This document shows positions 30,040 through 33,000 of a stretch of DNA of 33,000 nucleotides, one piece after another. The stretch is from Octopus sinensis (taxonomy: Eukaryota). How positions within the stretch are numbered: the stretch's first letter is position 1; the number at the start of each line of letters is the position of its first letter. The translations under genes were made by a program, and so were the position numbers. The notes below the pieces were generated by a model. That model searched no databases and had not been told where the DNA came from. It saw only the letters and a program-made list of their open reading frames with translations. The stretch covers positions 202,027,001 through 202,060,000 of the forward strand of contig NC_042997.1 of assembly GCF_006345805.1 (NCBI RefSeq). Direction: 5' to 3'.

Positions 30040-30480
30040 CTGTGTCTATATCTCGTTATATTTAACACTGAGTAATTGGAATGAAGCTACGTGAAATAGG
30101 ACAGATAGTTTTAATGTGATAGTTTGATAATGAAAGATGGTCGTTAAACTTCTCACACCACCAATAACGTGTTATCACACTGGATTGCTGCTATCCTCCG
30201 CTGCCAGTCCTCTTCTATACACTTGAGGTTATTGAAATGTATGTCTTTTAATTTAAACTAGGTTTTCACAGCTTCTTCCTTTCTCCAGACACCAAACATC
30301 AATTAGTACAATTTCAATTATTATATCGCTTCTTAAAGAGTGCGAGACAGTAAAAGACACGAAGACAAAGGAAGGCACTGTAATTAATTATTATCAGGGA
30401 TAAAAATCAATCAATAATATGTGATTACAGAGTGCCGAGTTCTGGTGGTAGCAATATGGCGTGACTCGCGCATTCATTGT
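30040..30480. promoter_or_regulatory. CpG-richer unique patch, candidate promoter/5' end, with YY1-like CAATATGGCG (30452-30461)
   Basis: About a dozen CpGs (manual count) in non-repeat sequence of an otherwise CpG-poor window; AATATGGCG is followed by TGACTCGCGCAT. Confidence 0.3.
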
Positions 30481-30819
30481 ATCATGTAAAATATCTGGAC
30501 AACATTTCTTAAATAAGATGATTCAATTAAAGTATATATATATGTCTTACTCTCTAATGGTCTATATCTGTGTGTGTGTGTGTGTGTGTGTATTGCATGT
30601 GTTATCATGTGTAAATTTATGTATCTGTGTTCTCTTGCTCTCTCTCTCTCACACACGAACACAGTCACATTTTCAGGTTATATGCAAAATTTGTTGATCT
30701 TTGGGGAAATATGCGAATTGTTTTAATTAAATCTTTTGACTCGCAACTATCTTCCATGTCTAATAAATTTGTCACCTTATAAATGCTTGCATGTTGAACA
30801 ACTTGTCCAACTTAGAATC

Positions 30820-31296
30820 ATTAGAGCAACAGATCAAATGCTTAGCAGTATTTCTTCTCATTCTTTATATTCTGTGTTTGAATACTGCTGAGCTCAACTT
30901 TGCCTTCCATTCTTCCAGGGTTGATAAAACCAGCTGAGTACTGGGGTCGATGTCATCATCATCATCGTCGTCATTTAACGTCTGTTTTCCATGCTGGCAT
31001 GGGTTGGATGATTTGACTGGGGACTGGCAAGCCAGGAGGTCACACCAGGCTCCAATCTGGTCTGGCAGTGTTTCTACAGCTGGATGCCCTACCTAATGGC
31101 AACCACTCCGAGAGTGTAGTGGGTGCATTTTATGTTCCACTGGCACAGAAGCCAGTCAGGCGGCACTGGCATCAGCCACATTCGGATGGTACTTTTTACT
31201 TGCCACCAACACAGGGAGCCAGTCAGGTGGCACTAATTGATGAAATCCCTTCCTTTTGAAAAGCTGCTGGCCTTGTGCCAAATTTGAAACAATCAT
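30820..31296 (+). mobile_element. old family A2 SINE split by a family C insert (30953-~31234, -)
   Basis: A core up to GGGGTCGATGT, then a C element (CAT)n.., then the A2 tail GCTGGCCTTGTGCCAAATTTGAAAC at about 31261. Confidence 0.75.
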
Positions 31297-31384
31297 AAAG
31301 CAGTGAGTTTGCAGAATTGTTAACACATCATACAAAACACTTGGCTGCATTTCTTCCAGCTTTTTATGTCCTAAATACAAGTTA

Positions 31385-31515
31385 CATTGAGGTTAACTTT
31401 GCCATTCATCTTTTTGGGATGATAAAATGAAGTATCAGTCAAATACTGGTGTCAATGTAATCAACTAACACCCACTTCCTCCCAAATTGCTGGCCTTATG
31501 CCATAACTTGTAACC
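31385..31515 (+). mobile_element. family A2 SINE 3' half
   Basis: CTTTGCCATTCATCTTTTTGGGATGATAAAAT core; AAATTGCTGGCCTTATGCC tail. Confidence 0.7.
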
Positions 31516-31731
31516 ATTGTCACCCTGATACTTATTCGCATGGTATCAGGGTAGGTTTGCACAGCAGTGGGTCTTTGTGATGCATGTCTAGGGATCAGCC
31601 TTCTCCCAAGTCTTGTATGCTTTCAAATGATTCTCAGTTGGGGTCCATGTGACCATTGAGGGTTTATACAAGATTTTAATGTTATAATGTATCTGCAGTA
31701 AATTGGTTATACTCCTACAATACACAAAACA

Positions 31732-32155
31732 GGTGCAGGGGTGGCAGTGTGGTAAGTAGCGTGCTTACCAACCACATGGTTCTGGGTTCAGTACCACTGC
31801 ATGGCACCTTGAGCAAGTGTCTTCTACTATAGCCTCGAGTTGACTAAAGCCTTGTGGGTGGATTTGGTAGATGGAAACTGAAAGAAGCCCATCATGTGTG
31901 TATGTGTTTGTCCCCACCCCTATGATTGCTTGACAACCAAAACGTGATTGATGCCAGGTATGCTTGAGTGGCTCCTGTGCTGGTGACATGTAAAAAGCAC
32001 CCACTACACTCATGGAGTGGTTGGCGTTAGGAAGGGCATCCAGCTGTAGAAAGACTGCCAGATCAGAATGGAGCTTGGTGCAGCCACTGGCTCTCCAGAC
32101 CATCCAACCCATGTCAGCATGGAAAAAGAGACGTTAAACGATGATAAGGATGATG
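31732..32155 (+). mobile_element. family B head (31732-~31940) followed by a family C 3' part (~31955-32155)
   Basis: B head and start of tail up to TTGACAACC, then AAAAAGCACCCACTACAC..GGAAGGGCATCCAGCTGTAG..GATGAT. Confidence 0.85.
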
Positions 32156-32704
32156 AATGTATGGCTGTGGGAGTCCAGTTGAGTAAAATAAGAATCAAAG
32201 CAGTCCTGAAGCAAAAATGGTTGAGAACCACAGGACTTACCAATTAGATTATATTCCTCTATTTAACCCATAACTGGGCCCCTTGACAGGTAATATTACT
32301 CAGGGCCAGGTCAGATCTGAAAATAATGATGACCAAGGAGTAACACCATATTATCCAAAACTCTTGAACTCCTAAACTGGAGCTTCACTGCTAGAAGTAA
32401 TTGAGTATCTTGTCCAGAAAAAATGTTTGGTAGTTAAATTAATTAATCTCTCTTTTAAATAATTGTTAATGAAGCAGACTTCTCCAGCTCTCTCAGATTA
32501 TCTATTTTACCATAAAACCAATCCTCTTGGCAACCCAAGTTTATAATTTGTTTTTGTCTATGGATTGTAACCATTTTATTTTGCTTTCATCATTAATACC
32601 TTTGAAAAGGTATGAACATCATAAACGCTGAATTACATTGGCCTTGTAAATCAAAGGGTTTATCCAGTATTTGAAGAATCAATATTTCTTTGAATGTGTT
32701 TCAG

Positions 32705-33000
32705 GACCTGGTAGACAGACCTACCATATTCTTATCTTATCAGCATAATGTAGGAAATGACATTGTCTTCAAGACAAGTCAAAGAATCTTTGACAGTCAT
32801 CTCTATAAACCATTCTACATAATGTTCATGTTGTGTAGTAGAGATTTCAAAGATGACATTAGTTCGTACAGCATCAGAATTATTTTTTTTCTTTTTTCAC
32901 CAAATTTCAATGACTTTATCATGTTCTGTCATCGAATAAAAGCCATTCCATATCTGCAGACTGGCTTATATCCTTATATTTTTACCTTGGAACTTATCAC
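32705..33000 (+). CDS. candidate + strand exon or open frame running off the window (DLVDRPTIFLSYQHNVGNDIVFKTSQRIFDSHLYKPF...)
   Basis: Acceptor tttctttgaatgtgtttcag|G, then 98 codons with no stop to the window edge. It is absent from the ORF track because it has no stop codon; no recognisable domain. Confidence 0.25.

Overview
AT-rich, CpG-depleted eukaryotic genomic DNA made mostly of introns, intergenic sequence and dense transposable-element debris. The repeat families (several tRNA-headed SINEs, a (GAT)n-tailed RTE-type element, TTAA MITEs) look like those of octopod cephalopods; the species assignment is an inference. Almost every ORF in the supplied track is an artefact of SINEs or microsatellites. 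Real LINE protein relics are visible for R4/Dong-type (13.3-13.9 kb), RTE (15.8-16.2 kb and about 29.3-29.85 kb) and Tx1/L1-type (27.3-27.7 kb) elements. There are also hAT, piggyBac-type, Merlin-like and Helitron-like non-autonomous DNA elements. Splice-flanked short open frames suggest the 3' end of a + strand gene (ending about 8.6 kb) converging on a - strand multi-exon gene (about 26.3 kb to 12.5 kb), with a CpG-richer promoter-like patch near 30.4 kb. I could not recognise either protein, and some + strand exon candidates conflict with this model. I found no clearly new biological system. The most interesting signals are SINE-LINE tail partnerships visible within the window, a dimeric SINE under one TSD, repeated nesting into one SINE's internal microsatellite, and many inverted SINE pairs. 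Family labels A-D are my own ad hoc names; repeat boundaries are approximate (about +/-10-20 bp) unless TSDs are given.
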